DNA of 51,943 nucleotides, filler included, from Streblomastix strix (Eukaryota): NCBI GenBank assembly GCA_008636045.1. It is 3 parts of 3 records of this genome, joined end to end, with 100 filler letters (N's around TTAATTAATTAA, not from the genome) between each part and the next. Parts side by side here need not be neighbours in the genome. Positions count along the whole stretch, not along the records: positions 34,716 to 51,943 come from SNRW01000714.1; 2 more parts are not named here. One strand, written 5' to 3'. The translations under genes were made by a program, and so were the position numbers. Below, piece by piece: positions 51,206 to 51,943 of the stretch (positions are counted from its first letter, which is position 1; each line of letters starts with the position of its first letter). The notes under the pieces are model-generated. The model saw only the letters and a list, made by a program, of their open reading frames with translations, did not search any database and was not told the DNA's origin.

Positions 51206-51943
51206 TCATTAAAATTAAATTTCTAGTAGTAAATTATTATAATAATCCATATATTATGTCGGTATCTTACGACAAAAGTTATCATATAATGTAAATATAA
51301 TTGATTTATTCTAGTCGATTAAACATTCTTAAGACATCATGTTTTGGCCCCATAAAACAGGGGCATCAATCAAGTTCTATTTGAAGCTTACATTATTAAA
51401 CCCATTACCTCCGACAATTTCCATCGTTATACCCTTTAATTAATTATTTACGCATATAATTAATATCTGTGGATATTCTATAAAATTACCTATGAATTGG
51501 CAAAATATTGGTAAAATCAGGAATCAAACTATTAAATGTAAATTTAGTCTTATAAAACCATGTCTCCAAATCAATCTGTTTTATTGACGATGCAAAATTA
51601 ACTAATTAATTTGATCCATTCTCATTTAAGCCTTCATATAAATCTAAACTTCCCAGTAATTGATAAAATAAATTTGGAAATAATATTATTTTTTTTGCAT
51701 ACCAATTAACGTGTTCAACCGCGGTATACTCACCAACAACTTCAGCGATGAATTAACCATAAAATCTTGTCCTTCCAACAGCTGCATAAATATTCGTCCA
51801 TTCTTGGAAAGTTAGGGCTGGTAGTGAGCATATTATACGCATGGGAAACGTATTTATATTATTGATTACTTATTGCATGGTCTATTATTAAACATCAATT
51901 GGTTAATCGTCAGACGTTGTAATTACCCCCGCTGAACTAATAT
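51206..51943 (-). CDS. Probable minor capsid (penton-like) protein, C-terminal part
   Basis: Beta-rich frame ending SIIFTLYDNFCRKIP...NNLLLEIQFQ*, a pattern typical of Polinton minor capsid C-termini. TGAs occur near the window end. Confidence 0.5.

Larger units (their letters stand above)
34716..51943. mobile_element. Endogenous Polinton/Maverick-like virus (partial, decaying)
   Basis: Densely packed genes with no introns seen: pPolB, A32-like ATPase, capsid-like, fibre-like, HNH and KilA-N. No TIR, integrase or protease was seen in the visible part. Confidence 0.9.

Overview
AT-rich eukaryotic DNA that reads TAA/TAG as Gln and stops only at TGA, so the supplied standard-code ORF track is fragmented. 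Introns are short GT-AG. The code, intron style and gene families fit an oxymonad such as Streblomastix strix (inference). The window is three contigs (1-17263, 17364-34615, 34716-51943) joined by artificial N44-TTAATTAATTAA-N44 linkers. Contig 1 has two MITE-like elements, an intron-containing tRNA-Thr(CGT), a low-complexity protein, a PDI, a threonine dehydratase lacking its PLP lysine, a PG-motif protein, a SPRY-like gene and a truncated REX1-like gene. The main finding is in the SPRY-like gene: one 1.8-kb phase-1 intron holds 14 regularly spaced 3-nt candidate microexons (13 with intact AG/GT sites). They map to a predicted loop of the domain and could diversify it by combinatorial splicing. 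Contig 2 has a two-C2-domain protein, a PPP1R36-like gene, PRMT5 and a PNPOx-like gene. Contig 3 is a decaying endogenous Polinton/Maverick-like virus written in the host code, with pPolB, packaging ATPase, capsid proteins, two fibre-like genes, HNH, KilA-N and an amphipathic peptide. All translations were done by eye and no database searches were run.
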